Source: the human T2T-CHM13v2.0 reference genome, Homo sapiens | Strand: one strand, 5' to 3' | Assembly: GCF_009914755.1 (NCBI RefSeq) | Contig: NC_060934.1 | Length of the DNA stretch: 64,000 bases | Shown: positions 47,488 through 61,300 of the stretch, piece by piece | Layout of the letters: every line of letters starts with the position of its first letter | Numbering within the stretch: the stretch's first letter is position 1 | Notes under the pieces: model-generated | Seen by the model: only the letters and a program-made list of their open reading frames with translations | Told to the model about the DNA's origin: nothing | Database searches by the model: none | Program-made: the position numbers and the translations under genes

Positions 47488-48466
47488 CATAGACATTTTT
47501 CCAAGGAAGGCATACAAATGGCCCACAGGTATATAAAAAGGTGCTCAACATCACTAATCATCAGGGCTACACAATCAAAGCCACGATGAGTTATAACCTC
47601 ACACCTGTTAAAATGGCTATAAGCAAAAAAAGAGAGAGAGAGAGAGCAAGTGCTGGTGTGGGTATAAAGAAAAGAGAACCCTGTTACACTGTTGGTGGGA
47701 CTGTAAATTGATAAAGTCATTATGGAAAACAGTATGGAGGTTCCTCAGAAAAATCAAAAATAGAACTACCATATGATCCAGCAATCTCACTACTGGTTAT
47801 ATATCCAAAGGAAATGAAATCAGTACGTCAAAGAGATGTCTGCATTCCAATGTTCACAGCAGCATTATTCACAATAGCCAAGAAATCGAACCTATCTAAG
47901 TGCCCACCAACGGATGATGGATAAAGAAATTGTGGTACATGTACACAGTGGAACACTATTCAGCCTTTAAAAAAGAAGGATATCCTGCCATTTCCAACAA
48001 CATGGATGAACCTAGAGGACAGTATGTTAAGTGAAATAAGCCAGGGATAGGAAGACAAATACTACGTGATCTAATTTATATGTGGACTCTTAAAAAGTTG
48101 AGCTCATAGGAGCAGAAAGCAGAACAGTGGTTACCAGGGGCTGGGATGGGAGAGGAATGCTGGTCAAAGAGTACAAACTTTCAGTTAAACAGGAGGAATA
48201 AATTCAAGACATCTATTACTGTACATCATGGTGATAACAATTAATAACAATGTATTGTATTCTTGAAAACTGCTAAGAAAAGAGATTTTCAGTGTTCTCA
48301 CCACAAAAAATAGGTATATGAGATAATGCATACGATAATTAGCTCAATTCAGCCATTCCACAATGTATACATATTTCAAAACAACATGTTGTATACAATA
48401 AACAAGTACAATTTTTATTTATCCAGAGAAAATTTTAATAATAAGTGTTCATTTTAAAAAAAAAAA
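47488..48466 (+). mobile_element. L1MA (MA4-MA6-like) 3' ~1 kb
   Basis: Degenerate ORF2 end (ATAGAACTACCATATGATCCAGCAATC) plus an L1MA-type 3' UTR and A-tail. Confidence 0.85.
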
Positions 48467-49309
48467 TACAGCCAATTGGCACTCTCAGGCCTGCGTCAGG
48501 AACAAGAGGAAGTCAGGGCTCAAGTTTCAAAAACACAGACTGAAAATAAAGCCCCAAACATACTCAAGGATGGAACTCCCCACAGCCTGTCAGCAGTGGA
48601 CAAAACCTTCCATAGCAGAAGCTGCAAGTAAAAGATGTCTGTGTGGGAGGAACCATTTAGAAAAAGCAGTAACAAGGCGATGAAAACAGAAACAAGGCGG
48701 CCAGTCACCCACCATCCCCAATTCGCCCAAAGGCCAGGTCACCCTGTTCCCACCCTGCACCAGCTGCTCCTCTGCCTGCGGCTTTCTGGCCCAAATCCTG
48801 TGTGGCCCTCACTTTCTCCTCAGTCCTGCCTCTGCCATATGACCATCTCCTCCTCAAAAGAGGCTTCTCTGGCTACCCACCAAAGCAGCCCCTCTAACAC
48901 ACACAATCCCATCCCCTGTTCAGTGGTCTCATGGTGCCACTGTAAATTATCTCATTCATTGATTTACTGAAGTGTTGATTATCTGCACCCCCCACCACAC
49001 ACACTGAAACCCAACCCAGCCCTTTCTGTTGCAGTTTCCCAGGGCTTCAGACAGTCCTTGGCACATAGAGGGTGCCGGAGAATCCAGAATGACCCTCACT
49101 GTGCATATCCATAGCTGCCCTCACTGAGCCGCAGCCTCGGGCTGCCCCAAAAGGTAAGCGGAGTACAAGGGTGGAGGCTCTCTCTCTCTCTAGCACAGAA
49201 TCTCTTTCTTCCAGAGTCGGCCAGCGGTGCTGTCTCTTTTCTGCTGGGAAAGATAGGAATGGAGATTCCTTGAGGTCAGACACAGTAGATCCTAGTCAGA
49301 AACTCCCAT

Positions 49310-49595
49310 TGGCTAAGTGAGAGAAGCCAGACACAAAAGGCCACATATTGTGTGATTCCACTTATATGAAGTGTCCAGATCAGGCACATCCAGAGAGCCC
49401 ACACAGAGTAGACCAGCCAGGGACTGGGAGCAGAGGGAATAGGGAGTGACTGCTTAATGGTACAGGACTTCCTTTTGGAGTGATGAAAATGTAGATAATA
49501 ATGATGGTTACACAACTTTGCGAATAAGCTAAAAAACTACCGAACTGTATGTACACTTTAAAAGAAGGAATTTTATCTCAATTAAAAAAACAAAA
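49310..49595 (+). mobile_element. L1MB 3' end
   Basis: GCTAAGTGAGAGAAGCCAGACACAAAAGGCCACATATTGTGTGATTCCACTTATATGAA. Confidence 0.8.
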
Positions 49596-49809
49596 AAGCA
49601 CTTATTGAAAAATGCCATGGAGTGGTTAGCAGAGCAAAGCTCTGGAGTCCAACTGTCCAGGCTCAATTCCTGGCTTAAGCCATGAGCTATGTGAACTGAG
49701 CCAAATTACTTGGCCTCTCTGTGCCTCTGCTTCCTTGTCTGTAAATGGGGGTGATAATCATGCCAATTTCACAGGGATGCTATGAGGATTAAATGCAACC
49801 ACCCATGTG

Positions 49810-50270
49810 TAGGGGACTTTGGCTAACTCCTTTCCAAACTTCCACCTTCCCCATTCCTTGCAGACCTTGTTTTCCATTTGAGATCCATAAGGTTCTGAGG
49901 ATACTGACAATAATCCCTGGCTTCAGCCAGTTCAGTTACAGCAACTCTCAGAACCTGTGCTAGGAATGCTGGTGCAAAGGTGATTTATTTCCTGACAAGG
50001 TTGAGCAGATCAGCATGTGCCCTCCAGAGCTGCAGCAGCCATGTGTGAACCCAGAGGCAAACCAGCCTCAGGACAAGGCCAACTGTAAGGAGAGCAGATT
50101 AGAGTGACAGAAAGAAACTGGGTCCATGGAGACATCGTTGAGCCACCGGATCAAGGCTCATCTGAAGTCATCCACCTTTCCAACTATATGAGTCAATGGA
50201 GTCCCTTTAATGTTAAGCCCATTGAAGTGAGCATTTCTGCTACATGCAATCAAAAGCTTATCACTGATTC
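49810..50270 (+). mobile_element. MLT1 (K/L-like) LTR inside a MIR
   Basis: AAAGAAACTGGGTCCATGGAGACATCGTTGAGCCACCGGATCAAG...TTTCTGCTACATGCAA. Confidence 0.6.
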
Positions 50271-53200
50271 AGCTACGTAAAGTCCCTCATACCCAGCCCG
50301 GCACATAGCGAGTTCTCCATTAAGTGTGACTTATTATCATTTTTTTTTCCAAGCTTCTCTGCTGTTCCCCAAGGCCAGTGTTCACCCAGATGTCTAGATA
50401 CAGAAACTGTTCTACTGGTTTATCTAGATCCAATCCTATGTCCCTGTAATGGCAAGCCACAGACAACTTTACCAAAAACCCTTGCTGTGTGCAAAATCAG
50501 TGCACACAGCAAGCATTCATGGGGCGAGGTACTGTGTGCTCAGACAAGACTAGGTACGCAGGGGACAGCACATCAGGGAAGGACAAGGCACTCTGATCAT
50601 AAGTCCAAAGAGGAGTTCATAATCTAATCAGCAAGGCAAGATCAAGGTCCACAAAACAGTAAAGTATATATTTGACTAGTGACATGATTTAAGAAATGCA
50701 ACAGTGCAAGCTAAAGGAGTCCAGAGAAGAAAGAGATGGGAATCCTGGTGGCATTCTGGTTTCTCCTGGCTCCCAATGCTCCCAACACATGGACCTAACC
50801 AGATCCAAAAACATCCTCCCAAGAACATATGGAGGCCACAGGACATCAGAGCCCAGCACCAGACCTTGCTCCTGCAAATCCCAAAGATAATGTGCACATT
50901 TCACGGACATGGCCAAAGACCCAGGCACATTCTAGGTCATGGTCACGAAACTGGCTGAACTAGTCAAGAAGTCCTATCATCTTTTCTTCTCCCAATTTAT
51001 TTTCTTTTTCCCTCTTTTTCTCCCAATGCAGTAAAAATGTGATGCATGAAACAATTATTCTTCAGAACTCAGGGGCAGGTGGGGAGCCTCAAATCTGGAG
51101 AAAGCAAAATGTAAATGATGCAAAAAGAGATCAAGATCCATGAATATTCATCTTCCTCTCCCTTCTGGTGGAAACTAGATTTGGAGGGGTTCATTGCGCT
51201 CCATTTCCTCTGAATTCCTAGGAGCGCTTGTGGTCGGCATCTCCTCATTCTGCCTGAAGACCACATGCAACTCATAGGGCTCTTGCCTCCAAGAACAGGC
51301 GGCTGCACAGGCGCATACATTGTACCAACCTGTACACCTTATGTCTGTGCATGCCCTACATGTATGTTAGACTTCAATTTTAAAAAATGAAAGTCAAAAG
51401 ACTGGTCAATTCCTTCTGGTCCTCAAGGCATATTTCCAATGTGGGGGTACCTTCCTCTCTTCACTTCACGGTGGAGGATGATTCTCTACTCTACCTCCTC
51501 ACCTCCCTGACACACCTCCTTGCCCCAAAACAAAACAGTGAAAATGAACAATCCCCTCTAAGCCATTTGCTTATGGAAGACAAAGCTGGAGCTGACTCCT
51601 TTCTGGATTCTCTCTCCCTACTCCCCCCACCCCCACTGAGCACAGGCATGCAATAGATGCTCAATAACTGTTTATTTTGGGAATAAATTACAAATGGTAT
51701 GGAACTATCTCACACACAATAAGTCTGTAAGTTCCTGGATGTCTGAGCTTGTCTTCTACCTCTTGGGATGCCTGTGTGGCCCTCCCCAAAACCCCACCAC
51801 CAGGTGATTTCTTAACCTCTATGAGTCTCAGCTCCTGAACCACACTTGTCCTTCAGGATCACTGTGAGAATTTTACCAGCTAAGATGTAAAGTGGCCAGC
51901 TCAGAATGTGATATATTGTAAGCCCTCAATAAATAGTAGCTCCCTGGACCCAACCTTCCCCCACAACCTTCCCCAGTTGCAGCACAGAGTTTAAAACCTC
52001 CCAGGAGCCCCATAAACTGTGGCCGACCAGGACTGACCAGCTTCAGCTCTGGGTGCTCTGTGCCTCTCTCCAATACACACAGTGCTTCATTAAAGAACTC
52101 AAAGCTTATCTGGCCCAAAAGCAATGCTTTTATCTAAAATCAGACCACATGGGCAACAAGTGAAGCAGGAAGCCTATCAAGGCATTTGGGCCAACTGGTT
52201 TTGGCTGCCAAGGGAGCCCTCCTTATAGGAGGCGGTTCAGACCGCAGGCCGGCTCACATACAACACTGGTGTACACGGAGGGGTTAATTAGCAGTAAACA
52301 GATGCCATGATTCACCTCTGTGCTGTTATTTCCCCGTGTGCAGCTAAAACTATAATCACTCTGTTCTCCGACAGGATGTTTGCGTTCAAGCCAAAACTGC
52401 CTCCTCTATCCAACTTGCTGCAGTTCGGTTCAGCACAGGGCAATGAGGAACTTGGCTCCTCTCACGATAGCTGGTGGCTGGCCTGACAGAGGCCCCTTCA
52501 GACAGGGAAGGAAAGAGGAGATGGATGGGGTAGAGAAGAAAAAAATGAATTTGTCATTTTATCAAACACAGGTGAAGGCTGTCTGCTGGTGGGAACTGCT
52601 CCTCAACACTTAACACCCACAGAGCTCACAAAATACCCTTTCTTCTGAGGCAGTCAGGCATGAGAGGCTTCAGGAGCCCTGTGACAAGTCATTGGCAAGA
52701 AGGAGCTGGGGCAAATTTGCAGGCCAATGCCTGGGTCACACCCTCCCTACCACTGCCCAGGCCTGGGTGGGTGTCTAGTCTACTTGGAGCCTGGGACCTG
52801 GTAAAGGTGGCCTGAAAGGCTCAACCTCAGCTTCCAGAAAAAATTAAATACCCTGAGAGAGCCAGAAAACAAAGAGATTCAGTGCCCAAAATATAAATGT
52901 AACCAGTGTGGAGTATTAGTCAATTCATCAGCAAGAGGTTACTGAATGCTCGTTTGTTCATTCATTCGCCCACCATCTACCAAATGCCCACCAGAGACAT
53001 GCCACGTGTTTGGTGCTGGGAATACAGAAAGAAATGAAGAAGATGTATGTCCTGTCTCAGTGGCCCACAGACCAGAGTGTGCCAAATCCTGAAGGATCCA
53101 GTTAGGAGCTTACAATCTAGCTGGAAAGCTAAAGAAGGGAAGCATGCGGAATTCTCCGGGGCTCATCGCCATCCCTCACCTAACCAGTGCTTTGTGTAAG

Positions 53201-55219
53201 ATAGACTCAAAGGTGAGCTTGAATAAACTGACTTCTGCTAAATGCCATTATTCTACCTGGATACATCACAAAAATGGGAGCCATTACCTACTGAGTATTT
53301 TTCATGTGCTAGGTGGAACTTTCTCTGTGGTCTTCACCCTACATGTAATGGAAACTGAGGCATGAGGAGGGTAGACAACTTGCCCAAGACCACACAGGGG
53401 AGGCAAGAGAGGAACCCAGGTCCTTGCACCCCAACCCCATGCCCTTTCCACCTCACTGCATGAGCAGAGGAAGGAGCCCCCTTGTCCATCCCTCACCCAG
53501 CCCCAGCTCAGCTTGGGCTCCCCCAAGCAAGCACCACATGACTGACACTCTTGGAATCCTCTTCATAACCTGGCCCAGGTATGGGACAAGTTGCCAATGA
53601 GCAACATATTTGCTTAACCAAATGCCTGTGGCAGAATAAGCTTGAGATAAAAGGGAGTGTGAAGTGGAAAGAAGACCCGGAAGTCTTCATGAAGGAACTT
53701 GGTGTACAGAAAGATGTTTTGGGTGCCTCAGAACACATAATCCCTGATAGAGAAAAGAGTCTGGAGACAAATACCAGATGTTAAGCAACCTTAACACAGG
53801 CGCCTGGGCTGCCTCAGCCTATCAGAGTAGCACAGGTTCCTAAATAGGGGAAAGTGCCAACTAAAAAGCCCACCAGGCAGGAGGGCTGGGTCTGGAGCCT
53901 GGCCTTTCTTCTTTGTTCAGAGCCCAAAAGGTGCCTCTGGTCCATTCACCATTCACCAGGCCCCAGAGCAGCCCCAGGATCACCAGATGGGTCCACCAGG
54001 TCCGTCCTGCTCTGGCTACCAGGCTTCTAAGCCTCTTTTCAGACCCTCAGCCTTCTGGGAGAAACCATTCCATGCCCTCCAGCACTTTCCACCCCTTCTG
54101 TTCCTTTTGACATCATCTCCAACTGCCTGAGGCTGCAGAAGGTGGGTGGTGTAGGGGCAGAACAGGCAGGAGCACAATCACAATTCTTATAAAAATGCAA
54201 GGGACTGCTGGAGCCACCAGGGACCCTCAGAATGGCCTCATCCAATCCTCCGTTTTACAGGTGGCAAACTGAGGCCTCGCCCCTGAGTTAACCCTTTCAA
54301 TGCCTGACATCTCGTACTGCAAAATTCTTCCTTTCCTCTCTCTCCATTCCCCTCTCCCTCGTCCTTCCTATAGTGGTATAGGGGTGTGCCGTGGGTGATG
54401 AGAGGCAGAGGGAAGGGAGCATTTCTCACCCCATTTTCCTCCAACCCTACTTTCTGCCTCCATCTTTAGCACTACCTCACTGTCCGTCTTGGTGCTCACT
54501 GTTGGCCCCTGGCTACCCTGCCCCTTCCAGTGGTCTCCTGTCCCTCAGTTCAGCACAATCCTGGTTATATTGACAAAGGAGAGGGATCTAAAATAAAGGC
54601 CAACTTCATCATAACAGGGCCATTTATTGAGGACTTACAAGATGCTAAATGCTATTATACTCACAAAACCTTTACGTGGCTGGTATTTTTAGTATTCACA
54701 GTTTACCAATGAAGAAAGTGAGCTTTGCAAGGTTAAGTAAATTGGCCACAACCACCAAGCTAATGCAAGGTAGAGCCAGGACTCAAACCCGCCTTTGACC
54801 AATTCCAAACTAGGCTAAGAGCCTCACAAGACTGAATTTAAGAGACCAAAATGAACATTCAAAATGTTGCACTGTGGATGCAAAGATGGAAGGCACAGAG
54901 TCCTAGGCTTCAGAGATGCTACATTCCAGCAGGGGGTGGACATTCCACAGACGTGCAATCCAACCTGGATGGACTAGAGTGGAGACTTACCAGAAACAGA
55001 GTGACCAATGACCTAGGAGGTTATTGTCAATGCCCACATTAGGGGAAAATGTCACAGTCTCCCAAAGATGACCAAATGAAAGTAACAGTAATAACTAACA
55101 CTTTCCTAGCCCTTGGTTTGTAGCAAGTGCTACCCTCAGCATTTAACACATGATCCTCCCAACAACCCCAGGCAGCAGGAGGATAATGTGGGGTGACATC
55201 TCCCAGCATTTGAAAGTCA

Positions 55220-55534
<315 letters not shown>

Positions 55535-56289
55535 CTAGGAACTGTTTGAGGGCGTTTTCAGTATTATTTTATTCCCACTTTCCAAGTGAGTGAACTGAGG
55601 CATGCAGAGGTGAAGTGGCTTGCCCAAGATCCAAAGGTCAGCAAGCAACACAACTATGATTTAAGCCTGAGTAGGCTGGCTCCAGAGGGCATGTCCCTGA
55701 TGACCACACTGAACTATCTAGAATGAGAGACGTTGCTCATTGAGACATTACAATTCTGGTCCATTGGATTTTAGAAAGGCAACCGTATTACTTATGTTAC
55801 TACTCACGTTTGAGACCCTGTTTTCTCAGCAGTGAACTGTTGAACTTACTTTGCTGAGACATAAAATTGGACATGGGTAGAAGGGGCTACAGTGAAGTGC
55901 ATTTCCAAGGTGAAGCACATCACCACAGGAGTGAGACAAGAAACCCGGGAAGCAGCCTCTGTCATCCATGAGCCTTCCACTCTCAATGCTCCAGGCAAAG
56001 AGCCACGCCAGGTAAGATTCAAAGTGGGAGAGGGCAGACTGGGAGATGATGCATTCAAATCATGAGGGCAGGCTCAGGTAACTACTGTCAATTCACCACC
56101 CCTGAATTAGGGCCAACGTAAACCAGTGACAATCTCTTTGAAACATGAAGCAGGGAGGCAGTTATGCCCCTTAGTCCCTTTATCCTGAAGGTGTTTAAGA
56201 AGCTGAGTAGCTTTCAAGCTGCAGACAGGGATAAGAAGAGGCAGAGCTGAAGGCACTCCAGAGCAGCATAGGAAGAGGGTAAGAGTTAA

Positions 56290-56520
56290 CAATCTGAAGA
56301 CAGAAAACCCTGGGTTCTAATGCTGGTACTGCCACTTATTAAGGATGCCTCTTGGGCAAGTGACATCACATAGCCATTGCAAGCCCCAGTTTTTGTACAT
56401 CTGTAAAATGGGAAAAATACAGATAGTATCTACATCATAGGCTGATTTAGAGGATTGAGATAATGCATATAAAGTGCTTGACACCATGTCTGACACCTAG
56501 CAAATACCCAGTAAACATTC
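56290..56520 (+). mobile_element. MIR
   Basis: CCTGGGTTCTAATGCTGG...TTGGGCAAGTGAC...CATCTGTAAAATGGG...GAGGATTGAGATAATGCATATAAAGTGCTT. Confidence 0.75.
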
Positions 56521-56599
56521 AGTTTTCTCATTGGGTCATGATAATGGTTCTGGCAGAGCCAGCTATGGACAGCAGAAGCCCTCAGTGTGGGACTCGGGA

Positions 56600-57031
56600 G
56601 CCCCTTCAGCAGTCCAGGTGTTCTCCAAATCTATTTCAATCTCCTGGGTGCAGTGCTACATTTCCCAGGATCCCTTGCAGTTAAAATACCATGTGATCAA
56701 GTTCTGGCCAATGAACTGTGTGGGTAGACGTGATGTGAATGACTTCCATAACTACCCCTACAAAACTACCCCTCATGATCCTTACTTCTCATCCCCTATC
56801 ATCCGGACAGATGCAGAGGGTCCAGCAGAGACCTTCAGGGGCCCCTAGAAGATTTCAGGTCCACAAGTGAAAGGAGCCGGGGTCTTTAATGACTGTCTGA
56901 AGTGTGTCTTCACTGCACCCTCCACACACACCATCAATGGTACTTTGTATGAGCAATACGTAAACTTCTGCTGTATTAAGTCATTGACATGTTGACCTCT
57001 TGTTACAGAGGTGGCCTAGCTGACTAATACA
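56600..57031 (+). mobile_element. MLT1J-like LTR
   Basis: CTACATTTCCCAGGATCCCTTGCAGTTA...AAGTTCTGGCCAATG...CTGACTAATACA. Confidence 0.7.
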
Positions 57032-57444
57032 CAGTTTATCAAACCTCAAGATGGACTCACAGGTCCCTGTTGCCTCAATGATTCCATCGCCACTGCACAC
57101 ACCAGAGTCTAGATACCATAAATATGGTCCAGGAGAGAAACCAGCAGCGTGGTGTGGTAACTGGCAACTGGCCAGGTATGGTAAGCATAAGGTAAAGCCT
57201 GCAGCAACTCAAGAAATGCAGAGGGAAGACTACTCGTCTAGAAGAAACAGGATGGCCCAGCAGCAATATTACCTGTGCTCATAGCTACTGGTTCTTCAGG
57301 AGAACAGGAAAGAGCATGGTCTCAAAGGCCAAGCATATCAGAGGCCATATCTGCCTGGGATCTACCCAGAAAAGTGACTGAACTGCTCTGGGCTTCAGTT
57401 TCCACAACTGCCAATCATGGATAACAATACCCTATGTTCTGTGA

Positions 57445-57570
57445 CATCACACTGGTATCTTCAAACCAGCCAGGGCAGGAATATTTATACCATAGGAATT
57501 GACGAACACCGTACATAGGGACTTTCTTCTCTAGAAATCCCGTTGTTAATCACTTACCAGCACATCCCTG
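57445..57570. mobile_element. MER63A-like (hAT-Blackjack) fragment
   Basis: Terminal GTTGTTAATCACTTACCAGCACATCCCTG resembles the MER63 TIR end. Confidence 0.5.
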
Positions 57571-57797
57571 GATAAACAGGAGTCAGCTAAGTGGAAGGGG
57601 AGAAGGAGGACAAGAAAAGAGAAGTCCGGCAGTGTGAACAGCATGTGTGAAGGCCCAGAGGTAAAAATCAAAAGGTTTAACGAAATGAAGGAAGTCCTAA
57701 GTGGCTGGGTGTGGAGAGCTTGGGAAGATGTTAAGAGGAACCTAGAAAGAGGGCAGGAGCTGGACCTTGTGAAAGGACTTCACTAAATAGTAATTAT

Positions 57798-58005
57798 TTG
57801 TTCCAGTCATCCATGGCTATGTAACAAATTACCCCAAAATGTAGTGGCTTAAAACAATCATTTCATTTTGTTTATGACTTTTAAGTAAGGAATTCATAGA
57901 GGGATCAGCTGGTGGGTTCATCTCCAATCTATGTCAACTGGGGTTGGAGGATCCACTTCCATGATGGCATCTTCACACATATGCGTGGTGCCCCAGTAGT
58001 GTCTC

Positions 58006-58050
<45 letters not shown>

Positions 58051-58320
58051 TGCCCACGCACATGCTTCCTCTCACTCTCGCTCTTCCCCCTGTAGTGGCC
58101 AACTTCCCTAAGAAGTAGCATTCCCAGATAACAAATGAACTGCCAGGGTTCTTCCAACATAGCCTCAGAAGTCACATAGCATCATTTCCACCACAATCCA
58201 TGGGTTACAAGCAACCCATGGATTACAGGGGCTAGCTCTGCCCCAAAGGGTACAACCCAAGAGGATGAACGTGAGGAGTCGTGGTTCACTGAGGGCCTGC
58301 TTTGATGACCAGCCACCACA
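57798..58320 (-). mobile_element. MLT1-family LTR, antisense, containing (CT)n at 58003-58047
   Basis: TGTAACAAATTACCCCAAAATGTAGTGGCTTAAAACAA...GCCTCAGAAGTCACATAGCATCATTTCC. Confidence 0.7.
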
Positions 58321-59549
58321 TTGAGCGACCCCTGGTCACTGCCCTCTAGGACCACCTGCCAGGCACAGATCCAGAAAGAAACCAGGACCAGCCCTGTCCA
58401 CAAGGAGCTGTCTGCAGAGGAGACAGGATGCCTGTATAGAAAATAGGGCTGCAGCATCAGACGGCTGCTCCCCACCCAGGATGGAAGGACAAACAGAGAG
58501 GACGCATCAGGGAAGGGAGAGGCAGAGAAAGCTGACTAGGGTAGGTAGAGAAGGCTTCCCAGGAAGGCGGCATTCCCAGCAAGATGAGCTAAGACTTGGA
58601 GGATGGAGGAGGTGGAGGGTTGGAAGGGAAGGAGTAGGCCATCACTGGGGCCACCCCCAGCCTTCTATCACATTTGGATCACTATGGACCACGCCAGGTC
58701 ATCTCCGCTTTTCCCAGCAGGGATGTTGATCAGACCTGGGCACTCTGCAGTGATGATCAGCAGCTCAAGAGCAAGGGTGGCTCCTGACCGTGAGGGGTCA
58801 GCACCAGGCCCACAAGCCTGTCTGTTGCACCAGTGCCCAGGAGGGGCTGTCGACTGCAGAACTGTTTTCTCTGGCTCGACCTCACCCAGAACCAGCGGCA
58901 GAAAGGCCAGTTATGCAACCATCCTCACCACAGCCTGCCAACCTCAGAGGCTGGGCCTGGCCGCCGGGCCTGGCCGCCAGGCCTGGTAAGGAGACTGCTG
59001 TGGCCTGCACAGCACAAGGCCATCCTGGGCCCCAACTGCCACTTTCCATGCAGGTGCAAGACGCTCTGCTGACAAATACCTGGGGAAAGCAGGAGCTGTG
59101 GGAGGGAGGTAAAAATAGCACAGTTGGCAACAGAGAAGGCTTTTCTAAGTCCTCAGGGTCCTATTAGTCCTTGTCCATGGGATACACATGAGCTGGCACT
59201 GAGCATTCTCTCTTCTCCAAGGCTCATGCTTAGAACAGGCACAGAGGCCTGGGAGGCCTCTTGTATCATGTCAGGAGCTGCACAGTGATCAGAAGTTAGG
59301 GAGAGCGCCTGTTGCAGAGGCTGGATTTGGAGGATATGCTGGGGCTGCCGTCATAACCCCACATCCCCAGTGGGTTCTCTCTGGCCACTCCCTCTACGGC
59401 CAGTTCTGTTTTCTCCCCATTTTTGGAAACCCAAATTCTTGATGTTTCTGTTATTCACATTGCCATTAAGAATTATGGGCTTTGCACTGTGTTTTTAATT
59501 TGTTGTGTAAGGGTTTTACACAAACACAGCTAGATGCCTAGAAAAGACA

Positions 59550-59642
59550 ATGTATATGGGCATGCAGGCTGTGCACTGCACAACTCCAGAGGGCTTCATT
59601 CATGACCAGGATGTGAGTGGCGCCCTGGAATCATGCAATGTG
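59550..59642. mobile_element. MER91C-like palindromic MITE
   Basis: TGTGCACTGCACAACTCCAGAGGGCTTCATTCA...TGTGAGTGGCGCCCTGGAATCATGCA; arms are imperfect reverse complements. Confidence 0.65.
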
Positions 59643-60348
59643 GTTACCGGTATTGCCAGAGAGGAAATGATGTCTTACATGACCCCATATCCCCGGGAAA
59701 AGGCCAGCCATGCTAATAAAGATTTGCTAACTAACCAATTTGTCTCCTGCTTCCAAATATTCCATGCACGGGGTTTGGCAGGCACACGGCCACAATGCGC
59801 AATGGCCTAGAAAGAGAGCCATATTGAAATATAATAATGTATTTCCAGGCCACGGAGGTGGAGAGGCACAAGGAATTGATCTTTCTAAGGCAAGGAAGAT
59901 TCATAACCACTGAATGAGTTAACCACTACCTTCTTCTGAGTGTGCAGATTAAATTCTCTGTCGCACCAACATCCAAGTGCGCTAAATTTTAACAGACCTG
60001 GAATTTGGATATATTTATTTCTCTTTCACAGAATTCCCATTCTTTTACTAACACAGTTTCAGAGTTTGAGATATGAGCATATCTCATGTGGGATAATAAG
60101 GCATCATTCCACACCAGGTTGCACAGGCCCATGGTTTAATGATGAGACTTCGCTGGTGGGTGCAAACTTTGCTGGTCCCCCATGCTCTCTTGAATCTGTG
60201 TGCATCTCACACATACGTACATGTACACACACACACACACACACACACCCCTCTCTCAAGTTTTTAAAAACCTACTTAAATTCTGCATCCTACCTCCAAT
60301 ATACTCTGTGTACAGTGTAAGTGTTAATACCAAAAATAGTGTTTTTCT

Positions 60349-60588
60349 GCTGGGCACAGTGGCTCACGCCTGTAATTCCAGCACTTTGGGGGCCGAGGCA
60401 GGTGGACCACTTGAGCTCAAGAGTTAGAGACCAGCCTGGGCAACATGGCGAAACTCCATCTCCACCAAAAATACAAAAAATTAGCCAGGCATGATGGTGC
60501 ATGCCTGTAGTCACATGCCTGCAAGTCCCAGCTACTCAGGAGGCTGAGGTGGGAGATTGCTTGAGCCCAGGAGGTGGAGGTTTTAGAG
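60349..60588 (+). mobile_element. AluJ, 3'-truncated and tailless
   Basis: Stops at GGAGGTGGAGGTT; perfect 17-bp TSD AAAAATAGTGTTTTTCT at 60332-60348 and 60589-60605. Confidence 0.92.
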
Positions 60589-61089
60589 AAAAATAGTGTT
60601 TTTCTCCAAAACTTCATGGAAGACTGTTGACACTCAGAAAAATGACCCAATATTGATTCTGTGCCTCCACATACCCCCCAGCACAGAGATGTGGCACATG
60701 TGCTGTGGTTCATAAAATACATTTATATGTCATCTGATGTGAATCTCATAGCAGTCCTGGAGTTGTACATTGAGTAACCTGCATGACTGTATATAGCCCA
60801 CTGCCTGTCAGGTAGAGAAAAGGTGATTATCCCATTTTCCAGCAAGAAAAACTAAGACTCAGGGAATGTAATAGAACTAGACAACATTTAAGGTTCCTTC
60901 TCATCCTGGGAATTGACATACCTGAGAATTCAGTAGTACAAAACTCTCTGAACTTGTCAAGGGACCTCACATCTCTCCAGGAACAACACACCACTCCTCT
61001 TTTCAGTCCTGTCTATGTCATCAGAGTTTCCCTCACACTGTGGCCAGGAAGAGCTAAGGAGGTATAAATGAGGTGTACAGTGTGGGATT

Positions 61090-61300
61090 AGGTGCATGGG
61101 ATCCACAGCCCACCTGCCTGGATTTAAACTGGCTCTGCTCCTCACCTGTGTGTGACCCTGAGCAGTTACTCAACCTCTCTGTGCCTCAGTTTTCTAATCC
61201 ATAAGTGAGGATAATAATACCACCGAATTCACTGGGTTGTTGTGAGGATTATATAATACATATAGTTTAAAAACAACCAGACACACAGTAATCACTCAAA
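61090..61300 (+). mobile_element. MIR
   Basis: TGTGTGACCCTGAGCAGTTACTCAACCTCTCTGTGCCTCAGTTTTC...GGGTTGTTGTGAGGATT. Confidence 0.75.
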
